Positions 1 to 9,828 of a stretch of DNA of 64,000 nucleotides are shown one piece after another (the first letter of the stretch is position 1; each line of letters opens with the position of its first letter). Both the position numbers and the translations under genes were made by a program. The DNA comes from a virus (lineage: Duplodnaviria > Caudoviricetes), in the IMG/VR virus record IMGVR_UViG_3300009873_000081, positions 1 to 64,000 of that record. The stretch is one strand, 5' to 3'. Under the pieces are notes generated by a model. The model saw only the letters and a list, made by a program, of their open reading frames with translations. It made no database searches and was not told the DNA's origin.

Positions 1-80
1 AAACAGCTTACGTTGGGTACAAAAAAGAGAATTTTCAGGCATATAAGCAGAATCTACAAACAACTTATCCTCTCATTTGG

Positions 81-866
81 TTGTATAAGGGATTTTGCCG
101 TGTTGCCAGTGAGATTAAAATACCGATAGACGAACACGGTCGGCTGATAACAAAATCGCGCCATCGGTACTTGGTACAGTTGGCCGTAGAACTGTACAAG
201 ACGAAGCTCTACGGAGAACACCAATTTACCGGCAACAACGGCAAGCCCATATCCTGTGACACTTGCGATCACAAGAAGCGCATAAAAGTCTCTTGGGCTG
301 ATGGCAGCAAGGAAAACAGGAACCTAAACTTAGGGGTTGAGCTTAGAGATGAAGTTGACAAGCTTGTTCTCTCTCGTGGTGGTGTGATTTCAAAATACCG
401 TAAAAATCACCCAGGCGTCAGCTTGAATACATTCATTCAGGCGGCTATTCTGACCTATGTGGCTGAGATCGAGAATCGCCCGACAACCTTCTGCGATTGC
501 TGCCTAATGCCAATCGCAGGAGTGCAATATTTGTACGGTGACTCTCGTTTCAGTGCAGATGCCTATGAGATAACACCAAGCCCAACGGCATCTATCGTCT
601 ATGTCAGGTACAAACGGTACTTGCCAACCAAAAGCAACGAGCTTGAGACTTTTGGCATTCGTGCTCATGCTGTCCCTATTTCGTCCGAACACGGCGCTAA
701 AATAAAAGCGTTACTCAGCAGAAAGCTTAGCGACGATAAGCTTGAAACTGAACTTGAGAAGTTTGGTTACAAGCTGAGCGTTGTTATGGGCGAGGGCTTA
801 GTAAAATTAAGGACAGGTCAATTTTTAGCCGTTTGTCCAATGAGTGAGATACCGAAATTAATATGA
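81..866 (+). CDS. hypothetical protein with two CxxC motifs
   Basis: 261-aa ORF with CDTC and CDCC motifs; stop overlaps next start (ATGA). Confidence 0.6.
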   Translation: MYKGFCRVASEIKIPIDEHGRLITKSRHRYLVQLAVELYKTKLYGEHQFTGNNGKPISCDTCDHKKRIKVSWADGSKENRNLNLGVELRDEVDKLVLSRGGVISKYRKNHPGVSLNTFIQAAILTYVAEIENRPTTFCDCCLMPIAGVQYLYGDSRFSADAYEITPSPTASIVYVRYKRYLPTKSNELETFGIRAHAVPISSEHGAKIKALLSRKLSDDKLETELEKFGYKLSVVMGEGLVKLRTGQFLAVCPMSEIPKLI

Positions 867-1264
867 GAGAAAAAGTCTACGAATTTAGCAACGGTGTGCG
901 TATTTTAAACTGTACCAAACACGCACTTAACTTTCTTGACAACGGACAAACTATCATTGTTGAGCCTTCGGGATTTGTGATCGACGCCAAAATCAACGAG
1001 CAAAACAACGGCTATTTGTCAGAATATTTTGGTACTGAGATTTTTAATACTAAATTTCTTGGTGATTTTGAGGTGTCAAACAAAATTGACCATTTAAGCC
1101 GAGAGTTTAGCTTGGTTGGTAAGAAGGAAGTACTATTTGTGGGCAGTCAAATAGCAGCACAGGCTTATCCTGAAAGAGTTGCAGCCTTAGTATCAGTTGC
1201 AGGCTATGAGAGAGCTGAATGGAGCAAAAAATTGATGCGGTGCGATAAATTTATAATGTTCTAA
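863..1264 (+). CDS. conserved phage hypothetical protein (NxTxH...PSG type)
   Basis: ILNCTKH...VEPSG motif; coupled to both neighbours. Confidence 0.6.
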   Translation: MREKVYEFSNGVRILNCTKHALNFLDNGQTIIVEPSGFVIDAKINEQNNGYLSEYFGTEIFNTKFLGDFEVSNKIDHLSREFSLVGKKEVLFVGSQIAAQAYPERVAALVSVAGYERAEWSKKLMRCDKFIMF

Positions 1265-2577
1265 TGAATCGAGAAAGAATCAGAAAAACGCTGCTGTTTC
1301 TTATATCAGCCCAGTGGTATGCTTTGTATAAAGCCAGAACCGGAGAAGTAAGTCTTACTCGTATGCAAGAGATCAGCAGATTAGTTGAGCGCCAAAGATC
1401 AACATACCTGTTGACAGCTTTGGGGTTCTGGCTTGTATTCTCTTTCGTTACAGGGCTTTTTAGCTTGATTAAAAACAATTTGTTTGGAGTGTGGGCTGCG
1501 CCAACAGCAGTTCTTTTAGTGTTAATGTTCTTTGTCGTTATAGCAACCTATCGCGGCTTATTGAATTTTTGGGCAATCAAACATCTCAGCGTTCCGGATC
1601 ACGCCAAGATCACGGCCAGCGATACACCACTGTCGGTGCTTGATTTGCCGGAGCCATCTAACGGAAGTTTTGCCATCGGCATCAACGACCGAGGCCCTCT
1701 AATGTACAGCCTCGGAAAGCCGACCTTCGCCGGCAATTTAGCAATAGCTGGTAGACTGCAATTTCGTGAACATCTGCATGACGCCCTGATCTACGGTATT
1801 ATGAGCGATCCGAACTTTGTCGCTCTAATTTTTGATACTGATGGCGGACTGGATTTTAGTTATCTACGCTACGATTATCGAGAACTCTTAGGGCTGCCAA
1901 ACTTAGAGAGATTGTTTACCGATGAAAAACTGGTTGAGCTTTCCAGGCTAGCAGCTTTGCCAAGAGTAATTGTTAGAAGCGAAGATGGCAATGGTGAGAT
2001 TCAGGACAGCTTAAACTGGCTCTCCGGTGAGTTTAGCCGCAGAAGCCGGATCAAAGCTTTAGAGCCGGAATCAAACTTTGCGCCGATTTTGATTGTTGTA
2101 GATGATGTTCTGGCCTCGGCTTTTTTGAATAAGGGCAAAGGCGAAAGCAAGGGCATTTATCAAGTAGACGTACTGCATAATATTGCCATGCGCGGCAAAA
2201 TGCTCTCAATGCACTTGCTGGTAATCCTTCCAACCGGCAAAGACTGGTCGAGTATGGATGAAGAATTCAAAGAGTTCTTTTCTTGTCTGGAAGTCCATCA
2301 CACCAAATTTGTTGGGAAGGAAGGCAATACAGCAGCGATAAAGAATGTTGTTCCCGCAAATGATATGGTGTTCCAGATTTACCATAAAGGAACGCCTTAT
2401 ACGCTCAAAGCACCAACGGTAAAGCCTAAAGAGCTTGCTGCAAGGATTTATGAGAAATCTGCTAATATGCCAAAGCCAACAAAAGCGCTGGAACAGGCTT
2501 GTCGCAACAACCGGACGTATCGAGACTTGGACAAGCCGGCAATCAATATCCTGCTGCAAGAGCAGTCGGCAGTTTAA
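1264..2577 (+). CDS. membrane-anchored degenerate FtsK/SpoIIIE-like P-loop protein
   Basis: N-terminal TM helices; Walker-B-like ILIVVDDV; IAMRGKMLSMHLLV resembles the FtsK IARLGRAAGIHLI motif; Walker A position reads LAIAGRLQFRE with no GKS/T. Confidence 0.5.
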   Translation: MNRERIRKTLLFLISAQWYALYKARTGEVSLTRMQEISRLVERQRSTYLLTALGFWLVFSFVTGLFSLIKNNLFGVWAAPTAVLLVLMFFVVIATYRGLLNFWAIKHLSVPDHAKITASDTPLSVLDLPEPSNGSFAIGINDRGPLMYSLGKPTFAGNLAIAGRLQFREHLHDALIYGIMSDPNFVALIFDTDGGLDFSYLRYDYRELLGLPNLERLFTDEKLVELSRLAALPRVIVRSEDGNGEIQDSLNWLSGEFSRRSRIKALEPESNFAPILIVVDDVLASAFLNKGKGESKGIYQVDVLHNIAMRGKMLSMHLLVILPTGKDWSSMDEEFKEFFSCLEVHHTKFVGKEGNTAAIKNVVPANDMVFQIYHKGTPYTLKAPTVKPKELAARIYEKSANMPKPTKALEQACRNNRTYRDLDKPAINILLQEQSAV

Positions 2578-2602
2578 ACTAACTTGTGAAAGGATGTGAG
2601 GT

Positions 2603-2872
2603 TTGGAGAGAATTAAAATCAAGAAAGTGAGAACAGAAATGGGATTAATTACACTGAGCAATGTCGATAACGAGTGTGGCAATCCGTACTGTGACGGAGA
2701 AATAAAAGATAACGCCATAGTCGTAGGCCAAAAGCTCGAAATCAACTGGCTGTCCGATCCAGCCAATTCAATGAACGGCGTAATGACGTGTGGCAGTTGC
2801 GGCCATTTTTCCGGGCAGCCTTTGGCCGATGTTCAAAATTTAATGGGTGAACAAGACGCCATATCACTTTAG
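2603..2872 (+). CDS. small zinc-finger-like protein
   Basis: CGNPYC and CGSC cysteine pairs; GAGG upstream. Confidence 0.55.
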   Translation: MERIKIKKVRTEMGLITLSNVDNECGNPYCDGEIKDNAIVVGQKLEINWLSDPANSMNGVMTCGSCGHFSGQPLADVQNLMGEQDAISL

Positions 2873-3243
2873 AAGACCATCATGCTACTTTGGCACCAAA
2901 CTGAAAAACAAGGCGAGTACGTTGTAGAAGCAGAAAATGTAGACCAGCAGGATTTAATCGTGAATTCTGGTGGCTACATTTTTAATCCCAGTGAGACTGG
3001 CTTCTCAACGCCACCGCTGGAGTTTGACAATTCAATCGGTTGCATAGTCAGCTTAACCGGAATATTTGAATAAAATGGGTTTATTCTCTCGATTCTTTAA
3101 CGACGAGCCTGAGCAAACCGAGTATTTTGCTCAAGGACTTTCTGAAGATCAGAAAAATGCGCTTCGCAGTTTTGCTCAGGGATCGGTTGACCTTGCTAAG
3201 GAACTGGGCTGCGATGTTTCTGATATTGGCGTGAGATTCACAG

Positions 3244-3561
3244 TTGATGCAAACGGCAATCCTGTTGCCGAATGCTTTTATGACCCGTAAACAAATTATG
3301 TTGGAATTACGACCGTTACAGTGGCGCGAGGACAAGCGCGAAGATAAATTCAAGATCGTCGGCAAGCTGGGAGAACACAATTTGTTTCTGATCTCCAAAA
3401 ACAATATGCCAAATGTCAAGGCCGGTAAGACCTACCGCATGTGTATCTTCGTCGGCGATACCAAGTTTGCCTACAGTGACGAAATTTATAAGCTCAAAGA
3501 GACTGCACAATCGTTTTGGAATAATATTGTAAAATTGGCTTTGCCGAAGAGTTATGAGTGA
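3244..3561 (+). CDS. hypothetical protein
   Basis: ORF in a tightly packed plus-strand operon; true start probably ATG near 3280. Confidence 0.5.
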   Translation: MMQTAILLPNAFMTRKQIMLELRPLQWREDKREDKFKIVGKLGEHNLFLISKNNMPNVKAGKTYRMCIFVGDTKFAYSDEIYKLKETAQSFWNNIVKLALPKSYE

Positions 3562-3841
3562 GTATTTTGTAACAATAATCTTCTTTTTTATCGGTTGGGG
3601 CTTTGTCAACCATCTTTCGACCGTAGGCTATCGAGAAGTGGCAGGCAAGTTCGGCCAAAAGCGCCGTGTTGCTGTTACCGATCCAAAAAGATATTGGATG
3701 TCACTTAGGTTTATCGGCGACATCCAGAGAAATAAAATCTGTCACGGAAAGTACAATCTTCAAGGCATTTATGCTCTGGTAATAACGATCTATCTGTTTC
3801 TAAATTTTGGAAACGTTCTTTACGGCGCTTCCGAGTGCTAA
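3554..3841 (+). CDS. hypothetical membrane protein
   Basis: two hydrophobic segments. Confidence 0.5.
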   Translation: MSEYFVTIIFFFIGWGFVNHLSTVGYREVAGKFGQKRRVAVTDPKRYWMSLRFIGDIQRNKICHGKYNLQGIYALVITIYLFLNFGNVLYGASEC

Positions 3842-4712
3842 TTTGTTTAAATTCAACAAAGAAATAGCTATTAGAGCGCCATTTGGAAGCCCTTATCTAA
3901 GCTTGATTTCCATAAAATATCATGTTGGTCAAACACCTAAGATAAGAAAGCCGACTGATTTTGACAAAATTAGGCTCTTTGTCAGCAAATGGTTTATAAC
4001 CGTAGGCTTTTATAGCTGGTATGCGCCTTTGATGCTGGCCAACTTGAACAAGCTTGCTGACAAGCTTTTTCCGCACAGTGAGCTTGCGGTTCTGGTTGCC
4101 AAAATAATTTTGAGAGATAAAGAACTTCCGGACGAATACCGCAGTGTAGCCCAACTTGCGCCTAATGTTGTCGAGATTGATTACACAGGAAACCCCAATA
4201 ACGGCATCCCTTTTGTCGTTGAAAAGGACAACATTGCCAAAGGCGCAGGCTACAGATTCGCTACGGTCGATCATCGCACAACGCCTGGAAAAGTCAGAAT
4301 TACTTTTTCCAATAGTCCAAAAATAGCCTTTGGCACAAACGGAAAAGCAGAAGTAACAGAAAGCCGCCCGCTTTATCTTTATGGCATCAGAACGGGACGA
4401 GTGCTGCCTAACGGCGACAATGAAATAAAAATAGGCCATACGATAAATCCCAAACAAGCTCAGAGTGATTATGGCCGAGGCAATTCTGATCCTCGATTTA
4501 TACTGCTGGTGCAAGAGACTGAAACATTCAACGAGAAGAGTGTCCATAGCGCCCTGATCGACTATTATCAGGAGCCTGCGGACGGCAATCGTGGAGAGTT
4601 CTATCAGGAGTGTGCCGAGTTGTGGAAGATCGTCCGAAACATGCTCAAGAAAGAGCCTGAAGAAATTGTGAAATCAAGTATTTTGCCGGAAGGAATTTTT
4701 GAATTAGCATGA
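3807..4712 (+). CDS. protein with C-terminal T5orf172/GIY-YIG-like domain
   Basis: LYLY...IKIGHT...EKSVHSAL...RGEFY pattern. Confidence 0.6.
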   Translation: METFFTALPSANLFKFNKEIAIRAPFGSPYLSLISIKYHVGQTPKIRKPTDFDKIRLFVSKWFITVGFYSWYAPLMLANLNKLADKLFPHSELAVLVAKIILRDKELPDEYRSVAQLAPNVVEIDYTGNPNNGIPFVVEKDNIAKGAGYRFATVDHRTTPGKVRITFSNSPKIAFGTNGKAEVTESRPLYLYGIRTGRVLPNGDNEIKIGHTINPKQAQSDYGRGNSDPRFILLVQETETFNEKSVHSALIDYYQEPADGNRGEFYQECAELWKIVRNMLKKEPEEIVKSSILPEGIFELA

Positions 4713-4817
4713 CTTTTCAAGGCTGTGTAATTTTAATCAGCAAACGGCTTTCTGATGGCACTGCCTCAGCGACTACCGGCCAAATGTTGCCTGTACTTGT
4801 GATGATGAAAAAGATAA

Positions 4818-5156
4818 ATGAATCTACCTGTAAAATTCAATGATAAAGTCGCTTTACCAAAAGGCGCCTTTCGGATCGTGTTTCAAACGATACTTCTTGA
4901 ACACACCTGCTGCGTCTGCGGCAGAGAAACGCTAACTGATATACCGTCAGTTGTTGGTCGTGTTGTTTGGACAGACGATTTAAGACATCTGCCTTACGAC
5001 AATACCCATAACGACGAAACTCAAGTTGTTTGGGGCCTATACTTGTGTATGGATTGCACCCAACAAGCGTTAGGTTTTAAAGTCAATATAGAAGAGATGC
5101 CGATGTCCGATGCTTTTGCAGATAACAAGTGCGAACTGACGACCAAACTCAGATAA
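4818..5156 (+). CDS. zinc-binding hypothetical protein
   Basis: CCVCG and CMDC. Confidence 0.55.
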   Translation: MNLPVKFNDKVALPKGAFRIVFQTILLEHTCCVCGRETLTDIPSVVGRVVWTDDLRHLPYDNTHNDETQVVWGLYLCMDCTQQALGFKVNIEEMPMSDAFADNKCELTTKLR

Positions 5157-5278
5157 AACAAAATCAGAGTCAAGGCGGTTGGATCGTCCAACAAGAGACT
5201 GATTTTCGTTGTTCTAATTGCGGCGCAGATTTGAAAGCACAGGCGTTAAATCAAACCGAATAATTTCTGAAGGAGCCT

Positions 5279-5533
5279 ATGATCCAAAGACTTATTTCTA
5301 CCGATACAATGAAACGCTTTGTCAAGCGTTTTAAGCGCGACTATGACGATGAACTCGGCGCGTTAAAACAAAAGTTGGCACCAAGAGACATAGCTGTAAT
5401 CGTAGACGCCATCAACTTATGGGAACAAATGAAACGTGATGACAGCTTGTTGCTTACACTGTCAGATAAAGCTCGTCTTTATCCAAGCTCGCATATTTTT
5501 CCTAATTCGGCTTTGGATTTATGTCAAAACTAA
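5279..5533 (+). CDS. hypothetical protein
   Basis: AAGGAG RBS just upstream of ATG. Confidence 0.6.
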   Translation: MIQRLISTDTMKRFVKRFKRDYDDELGALKQKLAPRDIAVIVDAINLWEQMKRDDSLLLTLSDKARLYPSSHIFPNSALDLCQN

Positions 5534-6105
5534 AACAAAGCGCCATAAACTTAGTTGTTGTGCTTGGCATCGTTGCTTTGATCGGCTTGTTTGATGCCGT
5601 CTTTGGCGGAATAATCAGTTCAGGCTTGTCAAGCGATAGCGAGTGGTCAGCCTACGACCAGCGTGTAAATGACGGCTACCAACTGCTACTCGGTTCTATG
5701 GTTTTGGCTGGTTTGATCTTGCAGATGTGGTTTCGAGAGTTTGACAGAAACATCGTGATTTTTGCTCTTGCGATCTTTCTGCTGCTTGCCGGATACGTCG
5801 AGGATGCGATGTATTACATTTGGCTGTCAATAACACAATACCCCATCGAATTTTTTGGCCAGGGGTTGCTCGAAGTCGAGACCGGCTTTCCAGAACGTAT
5901 TGCGGGTTGGATCGGCTGGATCGCCCGAAATTGGCTTAGACTGCCTTTCGATGGATTCGAAATAAGCGCAGTCGTGCTTATGAATTTCATCAGCATTGCA
6001 GGCGTATTTGTGTTGTTTTATTTGTTCGAGCGTGAGAAAGAAAGAGAACGTAAAATTGACGGCGTGATGAAAGCTATATTTTCAGACGAGGACACTGACG
6101 CATGA
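5521..6105 (+). CDS. multi-pass membrane protein
   Basis: about 4 hydrophobic helices. Confidence 0.65.
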   Translation: MSKLKQSAINLVVVLGIVALIGLFDAVFGGIISSGLSSDSEWSAYDQRVNDGYQLLLGSMVLAGLILQMWFREFDRNIVIFALAIFLLLAGYVEDAMYYIWLSITQYPIEFFGQGLLEVETGFPERIAGWIGWIARNWLRLPFDGFEISAVVLMNFISIAGVFVLFYLFEREKERERKIDGVMKAIFSDEDTDA

Positions 6106-6590
6106 TTTACTTAGGAATTGATCCTGGCTTGGATGGCGGTGTTGGTGTGATAGCGAACGATGCAAAACTTGTTTTCGGTGTCCCGACTTTAATTAGAAAA
6201 AAAGCAAAAGGGACGAAAAGAGAATATTTAGTGGGACAAATGGCAAATATTCTGCGGGACACGCTTCGGTCAGGCTCAGGTGTATTAGCTTATTTAGAGG
6301 ATGTGCATGCCTTTCCGATGCAGGGGACGGTGAGCATGTTTAATATGGGAGAAGGCAAGGGAATTTGGCTTGGTATTCTCTCTGCATTGGAAATTCCTTA
6401 TGAGCTAATCAGTCCGCAATCTTGGAAAAAAGCAATGGGGCTTAACAAAGATAAGGAGGCATCAAGACTGTTAGCACTTAGATTGTTTCCTGAATTAACC
6501 GACGCTTTAAAACTAAAAAAGGACGAAGGTAAAGCAGAGGCGATACTGATTGCTGAATACGCACGTAGAAAAAATGGAACCAACAGCTAA
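6102..6590 (+). CDS. RuvC-like Holliday junction resolvase
   Basis: YLGIDPGLDGG, YLEDV, SPQSWKK and DEGKAEAILIA motifs. Confidence 0.9.
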   Translation: MIYLGIDPGLDGGVGVIANDAKLVFGVPTLIRKKAKGTKREYLVGQMANILRDTLRSGSGVLAYLEDVHAFPMQGTVSMFNMGEGKGIWLGILSALEIPYELISPQSWKKAMGLNKDKEASRLLALRLFPELTDALKLKKDEGKAEAILIAEYARRKNGTNS

Positions 6591-6792
6591 ATTCTTCGTG
6601 CCACCGCTGGAGCTTTGGGAGAAGCTGGCAACGATGGCGCTCCTGGCTCGCAGCGTCGTGCAAAATGAAGCAGTAGCCAAAACCAAAATTGATGAAATCG
6701 AGGCGATGCTTTCCGATCCGTTCCTAAACGAATGGTTGGAATGGGCGGCTAAGAATAGGCCCTATAACACATCGAAAATTGAGCCAACATGA
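6550..6792 (+). CDS. hypothetical protein
   Basis: operon packing; likely start ATG about 6574. Confidence 0.5.
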   Translation: MLNTHVEKMEPTAKFFVPPLELWEKLATMALLARSVVQNEAVAKTKIDEIEAMLSDPFLNEWLEWAAKNRPYNTSKIEPT

Positions 6793-7013
6793 TAACCGAA
6801 GCCAAAATAAGAGAAAAACTAGATCAGATCAGCGTCCATCTTGATCTGATCCGAACAAACTTGGCAACCGGAGAGCAAAATAGTCTTCTACCGGATTTGG
6901 GCCGTTGGTCAACCGAGCTTTACAGTCTTTTGCTCGACCCGAATGCAACAATCAAAAACGAAGAATTGATAAAATGGCTGTCAGGCAAAGAAAGCCTGCT
7001 GGACAAACTTTAA
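6789..7013 (+). CDS. hypothetical protein
   Basis: ATGA overlap with upstream gene. Confidence 0.55.
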   Translation: MITEAKIREKLDQISVHLDLIRTNLATGEQNSLLPDLGRWSTELYSLLLDPNATIKNEELIKWLSGKESLLDKL

Positions 7014-7031
7014 GCGAAAGGAATTTTTCAA

Positions 7032-7343
7032 ATGTCACTGCCAAAACCCAAACCAGGAGAGCCGGTTGGCGTAATTTACCCAGGCCCACTCTATGAACCA
7101 GTCGAAGTTCCGGCAGAATACGTCCGCGACATGCGGCCTGAATCTCAAGGCGGCCTGTCGTATGAAGCGCTTTGTGCAAAATGGTATCCGTCCAAAAAGC
7201 CGGAGTCTGCTGCAAAACCAAGAAACGATAAAGCAGTAAGTAAAGACAGAGTTCGCCACCGTCCGGACTGCCCAACTTTGAAGCAGGCTGGAGGAGAATT
7301 GGTGAGAGCTTTTACTAACTTTTTCAGCCTTAGAAACTTATGA
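7032..7343 (+). CDS. hypothetical protein
   Basis: AAGGA upstream; ATGA overlap downstream. Confidence 0.5.
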   Translation: MSLPKPKPGEPVGVIYPGPLYEPVEVPAEYVRDMRPESQGGLSYEALCAKWYPSKKPESAAKPRNDKAVSKDRVRHRPDCPTLKQAGGELVRAFTNFFSLRNL

Positions 7344-7663
7344 CAACGAATCTGCCACAACCAGAAAGAATCAACGTTTTCAAAGTCCCAAAATTTGGGC
7401 ATCGCTTCTTTCTGCCGCTTGGATTCCAAGAACCTGATTTTATTTCTATTCCAGAGCCGAGAGACGCCAGGGAGCCTTATTGTCAAAAAGCCATTTTCAA
7501 TCTAAGAGACGTAGTGCTATTCGGATTGGCTGCATTGCTGATCGGTGTGTTTAGCACGGTCGCTGTCTTTACGTGGATAAAAGGCACTTGGTTCGATCTG
7601 TTTGCCATCGGCGCTATCGGACTGGCAGCGGAAGTTGTTTATCTGATCTATAAGTCGAGGTAA
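7340..7663 (+). CDS. hypothetical membrane protein
   Basis: two C-terminal TM helices. Confidence 0.55.
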   Translation: MTTNLPQPERINVFKVPKFGHRFFLPLGFQEPDFISIPEPRDAREPYCQKAIFNLRDVVLFGLAALLIGVFSTVAVFTWIKGTWFDLFAIGAIGLAAEVVYLIYKSR

Positions 7664-7702
7664 AGCCTGGTTGATGTCTTTGGAATTCTGGGGCTTCTCG
7701 TT

Positions 7703-8155
7703 TTGGCTTGGCTTTTAGTTCGAGCTTTTCTGAATTCGGATCGAAGAAAGTATCGTGATGTTATTGTCAGCAAGTACCAGGATGCCGACTACTACTATGG
7801 CAAACAAGGTTCCGAGTTTGACGATCTTGAAGTTAGAAAGGCTATTATAAAAAGAGATGGATGGAAATGCAAGAAGTGTGGAAGAAAAGTCTACGACAAG
7901 CCCAAAACTTTCAAGCAACACTTCTTGCACTGGCTCGGACTCCGCAGACGCATCTGTATCGACCACCTAATTTTTTATGTATATGGGGGAAAAGGAACGA
8001 TGGAAAACGCTCGCGTGTGCTGCTGGCGTTGCAACTCCAAGCGCGGAGCAAGAATGGATCGCACTTGTCTTGAGCAGGTGCGAAAAGAAGGAAAGAAGAT
8101 TTACTTGGGAAAGAAGGTTCCAAAGTTTAAATATGAAAGGAAACGTTATGCTTGA
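7703..8155 (+). CDS. HNH endonuclease
   Basis: RDGWKCKKCG...IDHLI...GG...NARVCCWRCNSKR. Confidence 0.85.
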   Translation: MAWLLVRAFLNSDRRKYRDVIVSKYQDADYYYGKQGSEFDDLEVRKAIIKRDGWKCKKCGRKVYDKPKTFKQHFLHWLGLRRRICIDHLIFYVYGGKGTMENARVCCWRCNSKRGARMDRTCLEQVRKEGKKIYLGKKVPKFKYERKRYA

Positions 8156-8397
8156 ATTCTTACTGTCTTTGGCTGCCCTTCTGTTTGTAGCAATAGCAGA
8201 AGCCGTTTTGGATGAAAACCAATGAGATATTCTTTCAAGTACGACAATCAAGAATTCGATGAAGCTTTTGATGTTGACACTGCCGAAAAGAAGCGTCAAG
8301 AGCTTTTGGCAACAGCGCTGAAGAACCAAGTTCAACCGTCGATGTTCAAAGTCGTGCTCGACGGAAAAGCCGAGATCAAGCTAACCCAAAAGCTGAT

Positions 8398-8691
8398 ATG
8401 AGCCTGACTTTAACCGAACTTCGGACTTTGCTTAAATTGCTGTCGGGTGATCCTGATAATGAAGGCTGGTATGATATTAGGCGCGTAAAAGACAAAGCGA
8501 CACGACGCAACAATATCTCAGTGCATATCAGCCGGCTTAAAAAAAACAAGAAGCTGCTGGAGTCCAGCGGCAGCAACTTTTACAAGCCGACTGAAGAATG
8601 CTGGAAGGTTTTGGAAAGCCTTTATGGTGAATTAGGAGCGCCGTTGGCAAAACTTCTTGAAACACATGCAAAAATACAAAAAACTTCCTAA
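8398..8691 (+). CDS. winged-helix DNA-binding protein
   Basis: TRRNNISVHISRLKKNKKLLES...FYKPT wHTH pattern. Confidence 0.6.
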   Translation: MSLTLTELRTLLKLLSGDPDNEGWYDIRRVKDKATRRNNISVHISRLKKNKKLLESSGSNFYKPTEECWKVLESLYGELGAPLAKLLETHAKIQKTS

Positions 8692-8968
8692 CGGCCATCA
8701 GCGGATCACCCGCAAGATCGGTGTGGCCCGCACCGGCAAGAAGAGCGCATTTAAGCCTAAACAAAGTGCCTGCGCTTATCTGCCGGCCAAAGACATAACA
8801 CAGGCAGTGCTAAACCATCCCAATCGGCTGACTTGCTTCAAAATCAGCAACGACGAGAGCATCGAAGTGGACGGTATTTGCTCTGCTGGAGATGATAAAT
8901 TCGAGATTTATGGGGAAGGCAGGAAGTTCAAGATTTCCGGCGAGACTGAGCTGCACGTTTACGTTTAG
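8657..8968 (+). CDS. hypothetical protein
   Basis: last ORF before a terminator. Confidence 0.5.
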   Translation: MKHMQKYKKLPNGHQRITRKIGVARTGKKSAFKPKQSACAYLPAKDITQAVLNHPNRLTCFKISNDESIEVDGICSAGDDKFEIYGEGRKFKISGETELHVYV

Positions 8969-8993
8969 AGTTGTTTCACACTCTCCTTCCTTT

Positions 8994-9035
8994 ATCCCGC
9001 TTGCAAGATATTTTTGTGAGTGGGATTTTTATTTT
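8994..9035 (+). terminator. intrinsic terminator of plus-strand operon
   Basis: ATCCCGCTTGCAA/TTGTGAGTGGGAT stem followed by T-run. Confidence 0.7.
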
Positions 9036-9078
9036 AAAAAAAATAAAAGAGCCATCCGGAAAGGAAAACGGATGGCTC
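9036..9078 (-). terminator. intrinsic terminator of minus-strand block
   Basis: perfect 10-bp stem GAGCCATCCG/CGGATGGCTC with T-run on minus strand; convergent with the 8994 terminator. Confidence 0.75.
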
Positions 9079-9086
9079 GACTTGAG

Positions 9087-9365
9087 TTAGGAAGAGTGAG
9101 AAGCACTCTCGTGAGAGGAAACAACAGCTTTTTTCGGCGTGAGCTTGAGGTGTATATCCCGCAAGACCTTGAGCAAGCGCAAATGATGCTGGATCATATC
9201 GCGTGTAGGGTCTTGCTCATTTCGTCTATCTATCTCGGTCTGAAGCTGCACGATCACTTCGGTATCAGAGACCAACTCAGTATTGTCTCTGATGAATTCG
9301 AGCGCCTCCAAGCACTCGGTATGCTCGTACAACTTGCGGATCGCCGTCTTGAGCGAATCTTTCAT
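9087..9365 (-). CDS. hypothetical protein with own promoter
   Basis: AGGAGG RBS; TTGCAA-N17-TATCTT promoter at 9439-9411. Confidence 0.7.
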   Translation of the reverse strand: MKDSLKTAIRKLYEHTECLEALEFIRDNTELVSDTEVIVQLQTEIDRRNEQDPTRDMIQHHLRLLKVLRDIHLKLTPKKAVVSSHESASHSS

Positions 9366-9439
9366 TGTTCAACCTCCTTTTGCGTTCACGAGTCATCCTG
9401 ACTCATCAGAAAGATAGCGAAAATTTCGGAAATTTGCAA

Positions 9440-9808
9440 TTAAGATTTTGGCTTTTTCAATAATGCCAAAGCTTCCTTACCATTTTTCCAAGTGCTCGCG
9501 GTTCCCGTCGCTGTAATTCCAGCCAATACACCTCCGGCAACGTACTCCAAAAGCGGAACGTAATCGGTAATTCCTTGCGAGATCGCGTAGATGCCGCCAA
9601 CAAGAGCGCCTGCTGCCATGAGAAAATAGCCTATGGCCTTTTTTATCGCTCCGTCTGGAATTATCTTGAGCGCCCGCAAGAAACCGATGATGATGTTGAA
9701 TACCAGCGTAAGGGAAAGACCCTGCCAGATCAAAATATCATCAGGAACTTCCGCTGCCGGAGCTTCTTGTAAAAAGTTCAACAGCATAGGCATAAGAACG
9801 ATTAACAT
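9440..9808 (-). CDS. putative holin
   Basis: 3 TM helices, GVLAGITATG motif, basic C-terminus, lysis context. Confidence 0.65.
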   Translation of the reverse strand: MLIVLMPMLLNFLQEAPAAEVPDDILIWQGLSLTLVFNIIIGFLRALKIIPDGAIKKAIGYFLMAAGALVGGIYAISQGITDYVPLLEYVAGGVLAGITATGTASTWKNGKEALALLKKPKS

Positions 9809-9828
9809 AAAATTTTACTCCAATAAAG

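Noticed and set aside
3554-4712. Possible frameshift fusion of the 95-aa and 301-aa ORFs
   Set aside because: No motif spans the junction, so it cannot be supported
8892-9401. Plus-strand 169-aa ORF
   Set aside because: Crosses two terminators and shadows a minus-strand gene that has an RBS and promoter
9385-9410. CTGATGAG on minus strand suggesting a hammerhead ribozyme
   Set aside because: Stem II is not followed by GAAA and no stems I/III are present
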